From assembly GCA_043228905.1 (NCBI GenBank), contig JBHGNT010000004.1:19096001-19160000 (forward strand): a DNA stretch of 64,000 nucleotides, given 5' to 3'. Both the position numbers and the translations under genes were made by a program. Below are positions 27,140 to 40,214 of the stretch, one piece after another. The DNA comes from Azolla caroliniana (taxonomy: Eukaryota > Plantae > Polypodiophyta). How positions within the stretch are numbered: the stretch's first letter is position 1; every line of letters starts with the position of its first letter. The notes below the pieces were generated by a model that saw only the letters and a program-made list of their open reading frames with translations, did not search any database and was not told where the DNA came from.

Positions 27140-30100
27140 TTATTTTGATAACCAATATATTATAAGGAAAATCGTGCAAGCGGCAATCACAGCAGATAGA
27201 ATTATAGTATCCTTTGACTTCTTTCGCTTTATGGCACCTGAAGAGATAAAAATTAGCTTTAATCACATTTCCTGACATATAACCGAAAGCTTTGCATGTA
27301 AACATCACATTCTAGAAATCTTATCTAATATTGCACATATAATCTGAAAGAGAGTCATAAAAAGCTGTCCCAGTTACAAAGTAGTATTATCTAAAATTGC
27401 ATATATAACTTGTGAGATCACTTACCCAGTATGCCACGGATTGCAGGGAATTGATCACCTAAATGCTTCAGTCTCCCTTGCATATCTACAAACATACTCC
27501 TCTGTGATGACAAGGCTCCTCTTGTTATTTGTGCTTGATTGATTACCTCATCTAGCTGAAAATACATGAACCCACAAACTTACCACACATAACTAAACAG
27601 AAGAAGTTGGGAAAACTGCATTCCCATACCTGATTGATGTTTCCATAAATTGCAGATCTCTCTCTCAGCAAGCTTGCCTCTGGTGATAAGTTTCCTGATG
27701 CCTTTCAAATGGAGAATGTAACGAAAAATCCAGTGATGTAAATGCCACAAAGTTATCTAGGAATATAAGTACCTTAGAGTCACTAATATCATTGCGAACT
27801 GATGCCAGAAGTTCTGTGTGCTCTCGAATTGAATGTATATTACCTCTGGTTCTTTTGAACTCCTGTAATTTTGCAGATTTTATAGAGAAAATTTCTCTTT
27901 AGCTCCCTCTTGAATCTACACACGCATGCACACACACACATATCTAACTTCTCTGTATTATTTTGAAAAATTGTAAACAAGGATAAGACACCAAAATATC
28001 CCCAGCTCTTTGGATATCTTTAACCAGCATATTCCTATGTTTCGAAATTTTAGTTCCATTGCAGAGAGGTACTGCAATTTTTCAGAACTTACGAGGTATT
28101 GTTCTGCTTTTCCCTTTGAAACAATAAAACTGAATTGCAGAATTACAATAAAATCTGACTGACAATGTTTGGCTTTTAATGCATGTCATGATTCCCAAAC
28201 TACATGATGGTAAGCATCAAGTGTTTACAATGCATTGCCTCACAAAGCATACACATAAAGCAAGTTCCAGAAGTTCCTTTGATTTCTTATTCCAGAGACA
28301 GAACAGGTAATAGAATTCACAAAAAATTCAACTCTATACAATGAAATATAACCTGATTAAACTCGTGAAGGATATCTCTATGTCGTGCAAGTTTTTGGGT
28401 CACTGATGTAGTTATAGCTCCTTCCGATGTGATTCGGCTCATGGAGTCATTAACAGCAAGCAACCTCTTCAGCAGAGACTCTATTTCAGCTTCCATAGAC
28501 TTCCATGAAGCATCAGAATCGGATCTTCTTTCATTATATTCTGCATAGAAAAAAAGACTTACATTCATCATAGCCACTAATATTTTTCTACATTTTTTCT
28601 TATAGTTATCCCACATATGTACAGTCAAGTAGCTTTCCCTCTCCATGTCTTGCCTATCAATCTATCTTTCTTATAATTTCAATTTCAAATTGGGCTTCAC
28701 ATTAGAGTTCTATCTTACAATCTGACCCCACCATAGGTTTGCAGCTATTTATCTGGCCCTCTTTTAAATTTTGGACTGATATTGTAAAGCTGGTCTAGGG
28801 TTTCCGCGGCATATTTTATGTGTTTTAAGGGTTCCATGTTAGAGACTTTAGGTTTTTAAGTCATGTACAGTAATATTTTTAAGACTCTAATTGTATCCGA
28901 TGACATATAGGATTTTACAAACAGTAATACATGATTACATGAGATGTCGTGTGTCCAACAAGAGAGAAAAATTGCACAGCATATTTACAAAACTAGAATC
29001 TTTTTTTGCATATAAAGAGAATTGATGCAGTTTCCAAGTTAAGAACTACTAGTGGAACCCATGTAAATAAACACTCAATAGCAATCAACTTAAGGTCATG
29101 CTATGTATAGCAGCCAAGAAAATATAGTGTTGCAGAAACCAATATGATAGATTCCAATGCGATCATTGATTCTCTTCTAGAAGCATACACACACAAATCT
29201 GAGTCCTATTTAAATAATTTCAAAGTCTGTATGTCTAACTCAGAGCCTGTTAAGCAAAAGCCAAGTGCAGTGGATACAAATTCTGAGGATAAATGTAATT
29301 TTGATGCTACACAATATGCTCACAAAGGACTAGAAAATCCTTTTTATTTCACACTTAATTCTGCTCCATTACCGATAAAACTTTCTAGAAGGCATTACCA
29401 AGAATAAAAAACTCTCATCTAAAAATGTTTAGGAGGTGAACTCTAAAAAGAGATGTAGGTTATGCAACTGAAATGCAAGATGACTGATCAATCAATAAGC
29501 ACGGACATTACAAAAGTGATGGCAAGTCCAGAAAAATGTGAGAAATACACAAGACAGGTTAGGTGAATAGGCAAGGCAGGGAAATGAAACATGTTTGATG
29601 CAGTACAAGAGTAAAAGGAAAGAAAATGTATCTGATGACAAGCGTTGATCTGCTGGAGGTCAATCATTACATGATCCTCTCCACATTCTACATTTCTCTA
29701 TATTCTCCATCAAGCTTCATATTCAAACATTTATCAAATCTTCTGCATCAAGCTTCACATATTCCAAATCTTCTTCATCAATATCCGAACATTTATCTGG
29801 TCACTTTCGTCAAGCTTTACAATATTTTCACTAATCTTCTCCATTAAGCTTCGAAAATCGAGCATAGAGCATTTATATAGCATTTAAAACTCTTTTTTTA
29901 TTTTCTTCACCAAGTTTAATAGATCAAACATTTCTCTAATCTAAATACTCGAGCTTCGCAGATCAAGCAGAACACGGCTGCTTAACAATTCAAGGGAAAA
30001 GTTACAAGGAAAAACTGTCACTAAGATCAACCAGAATCTTGGATAAAAACTGATTTTCTCCTCAAAGCTAACAGATCAAAGGTCTCTCTGTTTCTTTCAT

Positions 30101-30731
30101 TAATGTTTACTCATCAATTTATCAATCTTTGCAGATGAAACACAGGAATGCTATTTTACGATTCTGGGGCAAAAAGATACCCGAAAAACACGTTTTTTTC
30201 TTCACTGAGCTTAAAAGATCAAAGGTTTCTTTAATTGTCTTCTTCATCAAGCTTCCCAGATGAAGCACTAGTACCTAACAATTTCAAAAGTAAAAATCGA
30301 CAAGAAACAATAAACGATTTCCTTCACTCGTTTCTTATCCCATGAGATTGATTCCTAAGAATTCAGAAGCAACCATCTACTATTAAAAAACTTGGCATTC
30401 TCTTATTTGATCGCCATACAAAAATAATACCAAGATCAAACAGAAAATAGACTATCACCGATGAATTTGAAGGCGTGAGGTGTGAGATAAATAGATAGAT
30501 AGATTATATTATCGCCTTCGGAGGTCAAATATGACCTATGAGAGAGGGAGAGAGGGAGAGAGAAAGAGAGAGATACAGGCGACAAGGGATGAGAGAGAGA
30601 GAGAGAGAGAGATACTGACTGCCATTGACGAGTGTAGAGGAAAGCTTGGCGTAAGAGGAAAGCTTGAGGTCGAGATCGCCTTCTATCTTTCTCGCTTCTC
30701 TGCGGAGGTCTTCCCAGCCTGAGACCTCCAT
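27140..30731 (-). CDS. GOS12: Golgi SNAP receptor complex member 1-2-like (Qb-SNARE); exons 30731-30620, 28540-28353, 27862-27773, 27701-27630, 27555-27426, 27237-27140
   Basis: Spliced product MEVSGWEDLRREARKIEGDLDLKLSSYAKL...WKSMEAEIESLL...QKLARHRDILHEFNQEFKRTRGNI...LLRERSAIYGN...FPAIRGILGAIKRKKSKDTIILSAVIAACTIFLIIYWLSK*. All five introns are GT-AG with consistent phases. Confidence 0.92.
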
Positions 30732-31048
30732 ACCCCTGCTATGACTGTGCACAGATCTGAATCACGTGAACAGAAAAGCATCAACATACAGAAGAAGACA
30801 AGAACGAGAACGAGAACAACAACTCGCCATAGCCATGGCCATGGCCATGGCCATCGCTAGGCAATCTTCTGGTGAAATTCTGAAGACTACCCCCCACCAA
30901 GGGTTTCCAAAATTCGAACGCCTACCCCTCTAAATGTGAGGTCTCCCATATCCATTTCCTCTCTCTTCTCGTTAAGGCAAGCAGGTGTAGCAATCGGCAA
31001 CAATGAACCAAACCGAACCGCGAAACCGTGCCTTAATGGTTTAAATGG

Positions 31049-31383
31049 TGTTAACAATCAAACTCAACTTCTCGTGTGTGGGAACACACTCTAGGTTACT
31101 CAAGTGTGTGACCACCCCACCTCCTTGTATAGTAACTAGTGTGTCATAGAAGTTAATATCCTATGACACATATTCTTTAAGTAGTTAAAACTCGAACTCT
31201 TTCTCCAGAGGCAACTCTAGTGAGAGAACCTAGAGAGAAGGTGACTAAATAAGCACCTTCTCCTTCTCTTTGTAAGGATGGTTTTTTTTGTTTTTTTCCC
31301 TTGTAATACAATTTTTTCTGTAATCTCTCTCTCTCTCTCTCTCCCAGTTCTTCCGCTGCACATAATCCCTCTGATTCTTTACA
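31049..31383 (+). repeat. 5' LTR of the copia element
   Basis: Direct repeat of 35701-36080, followed by a tRNA-Met-type PBS. Confidence 0.92.
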
Positions 31384-33248
31384 TGGTATCAAAGTGCATG
31401 GTAGCTTGATCCAAGCCCATCGCCTTTAAGTGTGTTGTGCCCAAGCCCACATTCAGAAAGAACCGATTGATCACTATAGCAACAATCTGCACAGTTCGTA
31501 TCAAAGAGAAGAAGAAGTTCGACAATGAACACTCATATGGGAAGCGCTCTTCCTACCGAGAAGCTCGACAGAAATAACTTTGCATCTTGGGAGTACAAGA
31601 TACACCAATACCTTGTCGGCCAAGGCTATTGAAGTTATATCAAGGGAGCACAAGAATTGCAACCCAACCCAACACATATCGACTACCTAGCTTGGGAGCA
31701 AGTCGTGAGTCGTGTGTTGTACTACCTTGCATCATCTGTCCATGATCACATGCTTGGCTACATCTAAGAGGCCAAAACGCCGAAGGAGGCGTCGGGAAAC
31801 CTCAAGAAGATTTTCGCGACCAACACGATCGCAAGAAAGCTTCAACTCTGTCAAGAGTTGAACGACATACAACAGAGGGACATGTCAATCGGCAGCCACA
31901 CCTCGAAGATCAAGGAGCTATGTGATGCCCTCAGGTCAATCAATGTTAGCATTGACGACGATGAAATGGTGCAAATTTGCCTAAGATGCTTAACACCTTG
32001 GTTCGGAGCCATTCGGTCGGCAGTCCTCGCGAGGGAGAATCCTCCCTCCTTCGATCTCTAGTCGATGTTGTTGGTCGAGGAGAATCATGTTCAAACAAGA
32101 AGCAATGCGCAAGAAGGACACATGCTCTATTCGAACTTTGATGGAAGAAGAGGACAAGGTCGTGGGAGAAGAGGCCGATTTGGCCAAGGCTGACACAACC
32201 AAAGCAACCCCGAGAACATACTTCTACTACCGACAAGACGCTTTGAACGTGTGAGGCGGAGCGTTCAGAAGAAGGGGGAGCAACCATACCGGACCCAACC
32301 GACAAAACAATCCTGCCTAATGCGGATACCGTGGTAAACTCAACCACTAAGAAGCAAAGTGTCGGAAAAAGAAGAGTGAGTTGAACTCTACAATCCGACA
32401 ACTCCGACTACGAAAATGGTGGCGGAATGTTCGTGATGAGGCATAGAATGAACTCGATGGCAGCCTCCAACCCGATCAACACCTCCAAACCATAAGATGT
32501 ATGGTTTGTCGACTCGGGTTCATCCAACCACGTGAAATCCCACGAGGATTGGTTCAAGGAGCTACGAAAGCCCGAACAACCCGACTATGTGGAAACTGGG
32601 GATGACACAATTTACCCCGTTCAGCATGTCGGCAATGTCCCATTTGGGGAAAAAGGCAACCAAACCTACATCAAAGACCTACAATAACGAATAATTTGGT
32701 CTCAGTTGACCAAATAGACGAACAAGGGATGCAAGTCTGCTTCAACGATGGAGGATGCTTCATCGAAAAAGAAGGTTGACTTATCGCTCGTGGTTGGAGA
32801 GAAGGTCGGATGTTCATCCTCGACTCTCATGAGATGAAATTGGCAAGGTATGCCAAGGGCCAGAGAGCCAACACTGACATAGAGTTGTGGCACAAGAGGA
32901 TAGGCCACATCAACCTCCAAAAGCTCAAGGGAATGTAGTTGAAAGGAGTCATCATCAGACTCTCGACTTTTACCGAAAAGGAAATTGTAGGCATGTGCGA
33001 AGCTTGTCAATTCGGCAAACAACATCGACAACCGTTCTCAAAGGAGAGGAATGTAAGCAAATGGATCCTGTATGTAATACATTCAGAATCCAGATGTATG
33101 GGGACTAGCCCAGACCGCAACATTCAGTGGTTGCTGGTACTACGTAACGTTCATCGATGACTTCTCAAGACATACCTGGATTTATCCAATGCTCTCGCAC
33201 TTCTAGAAATTCAAGAACGAAGTCGAAAAGGCAACCAATCATCATGTA

Positions 33249-33333
33249 CGATGCCTTCAATCAGACAACAACAAAGAATACTTCTCCGATGCCTTCAATC
33301 AGACAACAACAAAGAATACTTCTCCGATGCCTT
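33249..33333 (+). repeat. 38-bp tandem duplication inside the copia integrase
   Basis: CGATGCCTTCAATCAGACAACAACAAAGAATACTTCTC occurs twice, bounded by CGATGCCTT microhomology. Confidence 0.9.
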
Positions 33334-35700
33334 TACCACATACCTTCGACAAGAAGGAATCCGGTGGGAGTTTACTTGCCGACACACACCTCAGTAGAAC
33401 AGAGTAGCCGAATGCAAGCCCCGACACATACTCGAGGTGGCAAGGGCAATGATGAACGAGAAACATTTGCCAAAATCATATTGGGCTAAAGTGGCGAATA
33501 CGACGGTCTATCTAATGAATCGTTGCACAACATCAGGAGTGCACGATGTTGCCCCCTGCGAAAAGTTCTATCAAAAGAAACTGGATCTATCCCACGTCAG
33601 GATATTTAGTTCAATAGCATATGTACATATTCCCGATGAGAAGCGGCAAAAGCTCAATCCCAAGTCGGAGAAATGTATACTCGTAGGGTACTCACTTGAG
33701 CAAAAAGGGTATAAGTGCTTCAATCCTTCCACCAAGAAGGTACGAGTGAGTCAGGATGTCGCATTCAACGAGTCGGCATCCTGGTATACAGTCGAATCAG
33801 CCCATCCGACACAGTCAAAACCGAGTTCAAAACATATGCGGAGGAGGAGGATCGACCGAGGCTCACATTAGAGGAAAGTCCAATCTCAACCAGGTTGAGT
33901 GGACCACAAGAACCTCCAAGCGACCAAAGCACATCACAGTCGAGTCCGAAACAGGACAATGGAAAGGCCAAAATGCTCGAGTACGAAGACTCAAATGGAA
34001 ATGAATCGACTCACTCACCTGATAGTGAGTATGGTGGACTAGATATGCCCATCATGAGGACAACAGGAGAACCACGTCGCTCCACCCGAGAAAAGAACGT
34101 AGTCAGCTGATTCGGCTACAACAACTACATGGCATATCATTATGCATTCATGATGAAGGTGGCGACAGTCTGAGAACCGGAAACCTTTTCCAAAGCCACG
34201 AAGGATCCTAGATGGGTCGAAGCGATGAATGAGGAGATGCAAGGACTCTCCAAGAATGAGACATGGGATCTCGTCCCTTCTTCACACCACCAAAAGGCAA
34301 TTAGATGCCGGTGGATCTTCAAGGTGAAGCACAACGTCGACGGCACTGTCGATCGGTACAAGGCCCGGCTTGTGGCGAAGGGCTACGCATAGGCACACGA
34401 TGTCGATTACAAAGAGACCTTTGCCCCGATGGCAAAGATGACTACAATTCAAACTGTGATCACACTTGTAACAACAAAAGGGTGGAACCTCCACCAAATG
34501 GACGTGAAGAACACCTTCCTCCAAGGCGATCTAGAAGAGAAGGTGTACATGGTACAACCACCCGGCTTCGTGTCAAGTACGTATCCAATTGTTGTCTACC
34601 GACTCAAGAAGCCTCTCTATGGCCTCAAGCAGGCACCTAGAGCCTGGCATTCGAAGATAATGCAATATCTTCACCAAATCGGCTTTCGAATGTCCAAGTC
34701 CGACAACTCTCTCTTCATCCGGAGCAACTCCAGAGGACAAGTATTTATCATCATTTACGTGGATAACTTGGTCATAGGAGGAGAGCATCTAACAGATATT
34801 GAGCACATCAAGAGGCTTCTCTCCAGCCGATTCGAAATGAAAGACATGAAGGAGCTTCATTACTTTCTAGGACTAGAAGTAATGAAGATAGTGTGAATCG
34901 ACACTCTATTGACAGCTAGTCGGAAGCTTCATCTCACAATTACCTGACCCGACCTGAGTTACCCAGTTGGCCACCTCAACCAGTTCATGCAAACTTCCCG
35001 AGACATCCATCTTGACTAAGCTAAGTGAGTGCTAAGGTATGTGAGTGGAACCTTGGATTTTGGCATCTTCTACATATTAGACACACCGATTCGACTCGTA
35101 GGGTATACTGATGGCAACTGGGCCGACTACAGAGCCGACCAACGATCGACATCCGGATTTGTTTCCTCTCTCAGCAGTGGCACCATACTGTGGAGTAGTA
35201 AGAAATAGCCAACAGTCGCACTATTGAGCACCGAAGCCGAATATAGGGGCACAATCGTTGCCGCATGTGAAGCCATTTGACCCAAGAGAATCTTGAAGGA
35301 TCTGGGTGTTCCCATCAAGGATCTGATTCTCCTCTACTGCGACAACATGAGCAGTATTCACCTCGCTCGGAACCTAGTCTTCCATGCTCGGACTAAGCAC
35401 ATCGAAGTGCACAATCACTTCATTTGAGGGTGTGTCTTTGTCGGGGATGTCGACCTGCAACACATGAGCGCAAACCTATAGACAACCGACATCTTCACCA
35501 AGGCCTTGGGAGTCAACAAGCTACGACAATTCACGACGAACTTGGGTCTTTCGATCGTCGACCAACCGAGCTTGAGGGGGAGTGATGACTAGCAGGAGTG
35601 AACCAATCATTCGAAGCTGAAGCCGGAGTTGACTCAAAGACGACCCGAAGATCAGTCAGAACCAACCATTCAACGACCGGAAGTTGTGTTTGAAGGGGCG

Positions 35701-35979
35701 TGTTGAGAATCAAACTCAACTTCCCATGTATGGGAACAAAATCTAGGTTACTCAAGTGTGTGACCACCCCACCTCCTTGTATAGTAACTAGTGTGTAATA
35801 GAAGTTAATATCCTATGACACATATTCTTTACGTAGTTACAACTCGACCTCTTTCCCAAGAGGCAACTCTAGTGAGAGAACCTAGAGAGAAGGTGAATAA
35901 ATAAGCACCTTCTCCTTCTCTTTGTAAGGATGGTTTTTTTTGTTTTTTTCCCTTGTAATACAATTTTTTCTGTAATCTT

Positions 35980-36034
<55 letters not shown>

Positions 36035-36080
36035 ATACACACAGTTCTTTCGCTGCACAGAATCCTTCCGATTCTTTACA
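35701..36080 (+). repeat. 3' LTR of the copia element
   Basis: Direct repeat of 31049-31383 with a longer (CT)n tract, preceded by a PPT. Confidence 0.92.
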
Positions 36081-36219
36081 AACGGCTTAGACAGTTTTGG
36101 GTTGCCACTTGATTATTTTCTTAAATAGTTTTTGGACAAACTTTTCACTTTTATGTCTAATTCTGACATTTTTAGAAAAATCTGTAATACTTTAAAAACT
36201 AAATATTGAAAAATATAAA

Positions 36220-39200
36220 TTTTTAAAAAAATAAAAAAAATCCTCCATTGGTATTAAAATTAAAGTGGCCAAAGCCAATATGTACACAAATAGTCTAAGT
36301 ATAGATCATCCGAGAAAGGACCAAAGGTAAGTGTTAGCATGAATCTCAATGTTCATCACTGAAAGAGATGTTGTTCTAGATTTAATCTCAATGTTCATCA
36401 CCGCTGCCAAGAACAAATATTGCTTAAGATGTATAGGAGAACTATTATCTTTGGTTCAGCTTCAATCTTGCCCTTATTATCCAACAAAAGTAATATTGTA
36501 TTACCGTGTGAACTGATCTGATCTTAAATCACTATCAAGAAGGAAGAATGCTATAGCAAGATCACGACGGTGTTTTCCATTAGAACATATGTATTTTTAT
36601 GCAACAACCTGTTTTTTCTACTCCTAAAAATCTTGAGTTAGAAATACATATAAAACTTTATCCTTCTCATCTCTACTTAGCTTAAAAAGACTCACTAAAA
36701 CATTCTTCTATTGTAAAGCAAGGTATAACAGTGTACAATTTTTGGGATCCTTTTCAGACAAGTATTGCACTCTAGCTAGCTTCTCCATCAGTTAACCAAA
36801 AACCGATTCCCAATTCTTGCACTGCCTGCCATGCGTGTTTATGTAGATGCACTTGATATGAAAGGTCACCGCTTTGTTGAAAGCTATGGTCTCTTTCAAC
36901 TGCTCTTGGATTGTTATAGACATACGCATGTCCCAAAGCATTAGTAATAACAGTTATACATGGGCACATGCCTCATGTCGGTGGAGGAAATACCCAGAGT
37001 GGTGGCTGATACCTCCAACGTATACCACCATTAACCATGTAGAATACCTTCATCCTTTCCCATCTCTTCTTAAAAACCTCTTGCTTTCGAAAGACTACAT
37101 CTGAATCACCTTTGATAGCACCATATTCTCCTTTAAAGAGTGTATGTACCAAGGTCACCCAAATCTCCTTGACTACATCCACAACATTCCATTGAATTTG
37201 CTTAAATATCCTTCGACATCTACTAGTCCACAAAACCCATATGGTTATTGAACTAATCGTCTCCCAAACACTCCATTCTAGACTGAATTAATAGGCATAC
37301 ATGGTGACACTTCCTCAACATATCGACCTCTTGTATATAATGCAAAGTTAACCTTTTCTTTTTGATAATCTTGTACCTCACCCTTAATATAAGCCCACAT
37401 CATTACCCCCCATTTATATATTCTAGAGCCATAAACCTCATGCAAGAGACGTAAAAATCTTTTCCAAACCAATTTGGCAGTCGTGCATGACCAAAATAGG
37501 TGATGAAGTGACTCCACTTCTAACCCACAAAAATCACAAATTTTATCCACTTATTTATAATACATCCAAACCCTAATAGGAACCGCATAATGAACAATCA
37601 ACCATCTAGATAGAATAATCTTCTCTGGAATTTGCATAACCCATAGCCATTTCCAAAATGTTGTCATTTGAGTAGGATCAACATTATAAGTCAATCATGT
37701 TGTAGCTGTTGTCGGCCAATGGGGTACCCTACATCTTATCATCTCCCTTCCCAATCGAACGGAATACTGAAAAAAGGGAATCGGCCTAACATCCTCCCCA
37801 GAATATGATGTAGGTAGCCACTTCCATTCTCTTGGGTCCCATTCCAATTGACATAATGGTTTTTTCTCCACTACCCATAGATCCCACCATGGATGAACAT
37901 CATTAGGATTAGGGTCAAGGACCCAAACCTTATCTACCTTAGCTAGAATTCTAATAGGTTTTAATATAGCCTTAGCCAAACATTCATCTTCCCAGGGAAT
38001 CGTCCCTAATCTTCCATCTTGTAGAACATCATAAAGTAAGAAAGTACCATCATCTCTAAGGCCACAGACTCCAATTAAAACCTGAAATTTTGAAAATAAT
38101 CCCACCCACTTATGACAACTAGAAAGTATATTAATTATCCTGCAAGGGTTACTACAACTTCCTTAACTCATCAACTATCATCTTTCCTCCACTTATTCCT
38201 CTATACTTTTGTTGAATAATATGAGTAGGGTTATGAACAAATTGTTGCCAATTACTATGTGATGAGGCAAAAGATGAATCCACTTAAGCCCAATTTAATC
38301 TGACTCTCCTCCCCAACATAGATCCTTCAACATCTAGAAATAAAGGATTCCAAATGAAGGGCTAATGTAACCATTCATCCATCGAATTGGGTCAGACTTG
38401 TTGCAAATTATCCTTTATGGACCACCAGGCTCGCTTTATCACGGCGAATAATCTATCATGTTGAAACACTATCTTATGTGAATAGAAGTTAGGAATAAAG
38501 CACCATCAGAGAGACCTTGTCCATTCACCTCCAGTTTTCGGGAAGACCTCTTTCATTCTCAAATAAAGAAGTATCTTCCACGGCTCATTTCTTGGCAATA
38601 ATCCTCGTACTACAAATTTTGCCAATGACGCCTTACATTGCATCAGAGAATCTACCAAATTTAAACCCCCTTGAGAAGTCAGCGCTAGGTTTTCCATGTT
38701 ACCTTTGGTCTAACATTCTAAAATCAGTAGATCCCCATAAAAAATTCCTAATCAATCTCTGTAACTTTGACCCCAAAGATCTGTAGAATAACCAAGAGGA
38801 TAGAATATACCCCATTGAGGAGAGTAATGCTTGATTAGAAATAACTAGCCTCCCCGCAAGTGACAAATTCTTAGAACTCCAAAAGATCAACTTCTTCCTC
38901 AAAGAAAGTTGTAATGGTTGTATATGAGCTTCTGGAGGAAGATTAATTCCCACTTTGCACCCTAAATATCTCGCAGGAGATCCCTTTGGTATCCAACGAA
39001 ATCCATTGTTTGGACACCAAGTAGGAGTAAGACGTTTCCCAACCCAAAATCCCACTGATTTATGCCAATTAATAATAGCACCTGAAGTATCACAGAAATC
39101 ATGGATCATATTTTGCACATTACATAGATTTCTATTATCTCCTACAACGTATAATGCTATGTCATATGCAAATTCACAATCTAACACAACCTCCTCCACA

Positions 39201-39730
39201 CTTGGCCACTGTATTCCCTTAATTGATAACCTATTCTTATGCAAGAATGCACTAAAGGAGTCTCCTACAAATAGAAATAAATATGGAGACAAAGGATATC
39301 CTTGCCTCACCGATCTAGTAATCGGAAAAGTATTACCTAGTGCTCCTACAACAAGAACTTGACTAGATGTTGAATTATATAATGCAAAAACAACCTTAAC
39401 ATAGTCACTTGGAAGACCTAGACGACCCATAACTTCGTATAAGAAATTCCAATCGACTCTGTCAGATGCTTTCTCAAAATTCAAAAGCAATATTGTCAAT
39501 TCTTGTTTTGTTTCTTGCACTATTGCTATCATCTCCCAAAACATGAAAATACTAACAAATATGCTCATTTCCTATATAAAGCCTGTCTGAGTTTTATGCA
39601 CAATATGTGGAAAAAAAGGTTGCAAAAGTGTTGCTAATAATTTAGCATAAACTTTATGTATAGTATTTAAAAGAGTTATAGGCCTCCATTTCTTAATATC
39701 ATCCACCGCACCTTCTAACTTTGGAATCAA
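36220..39730 (-). mobile_element. 5'-truncated L1/Tx1-like LINE ORF2 remnant
   Basis: KWRPITLLN near 39690, NFEKASDRVDW, SVRQGYPLSP, RYLG, LSLAGRL, and zf-RVT-like CDFCGLEVESLHHLFWSC. Putative TSD ATTGAAAAATATAAA at 36205-36219 and 39731-39745; it is AT-rich, so the boundary is tentative. Confidence 0.8.
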
Positions 39731-40214
39731 ATTGAAAAATATAAAATTTTTAATTTGAAAATTGAAAATGTGAATTTTGACCTAACTTGAAAACTGAAAC
39801 CGTGGTTTTAACGGTTTGCTTTAAATGGTTTCGTGGTTCGGTTCGGTTTAAGTTTCAAATTTATTAAACGGTTTGAGTTTGACACTCAACACCGGGTCAT
39901 TTGAAACAGGTAATATGTCGCATTATGAGAACACTACGTCGAAAAAGGGCACAAAAGCACACAGTTTTCAAAAAGACACGACGCATGCGTAAAGCTTTTC
40001 AGAAAAGGTGGCAAAATATATTGAATTTCAACATGACTACCACTTTGAGGCATAAGTAAAATGCCTCCAAAAATACATCACCAAAATTACAAAATAATGT
40101 ACAACATGTCTACCAGTTACAATTATACATATTCGTGAGTTTACATCCAAAACAAATTTACAAAGTTTTCGATCATGTAGTAAAACAATCCCCAGCTTGA
40201 ACCAAACCAATATA

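Larger units (their letters stand above)
31049..36080 (+). mobile_element. Ty1/copia LTR retrotransposon, degenerate gag-pol
   Basis: LTRs at 31049-31383 and 35701-36080 (TGTT...TACA). PBS TGGTATCAAAG at 31384, PPT GAAGGGGCG before 35701, TSD AATGG/AACGG. Order gag-PR (WFVDSGSSNH)-IN-RT (LHQMDVKNTFL, IIIYVDNL)-RNaseH (ARTKHIEV), with many stops and frameshifts. Confidence 0.95.
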
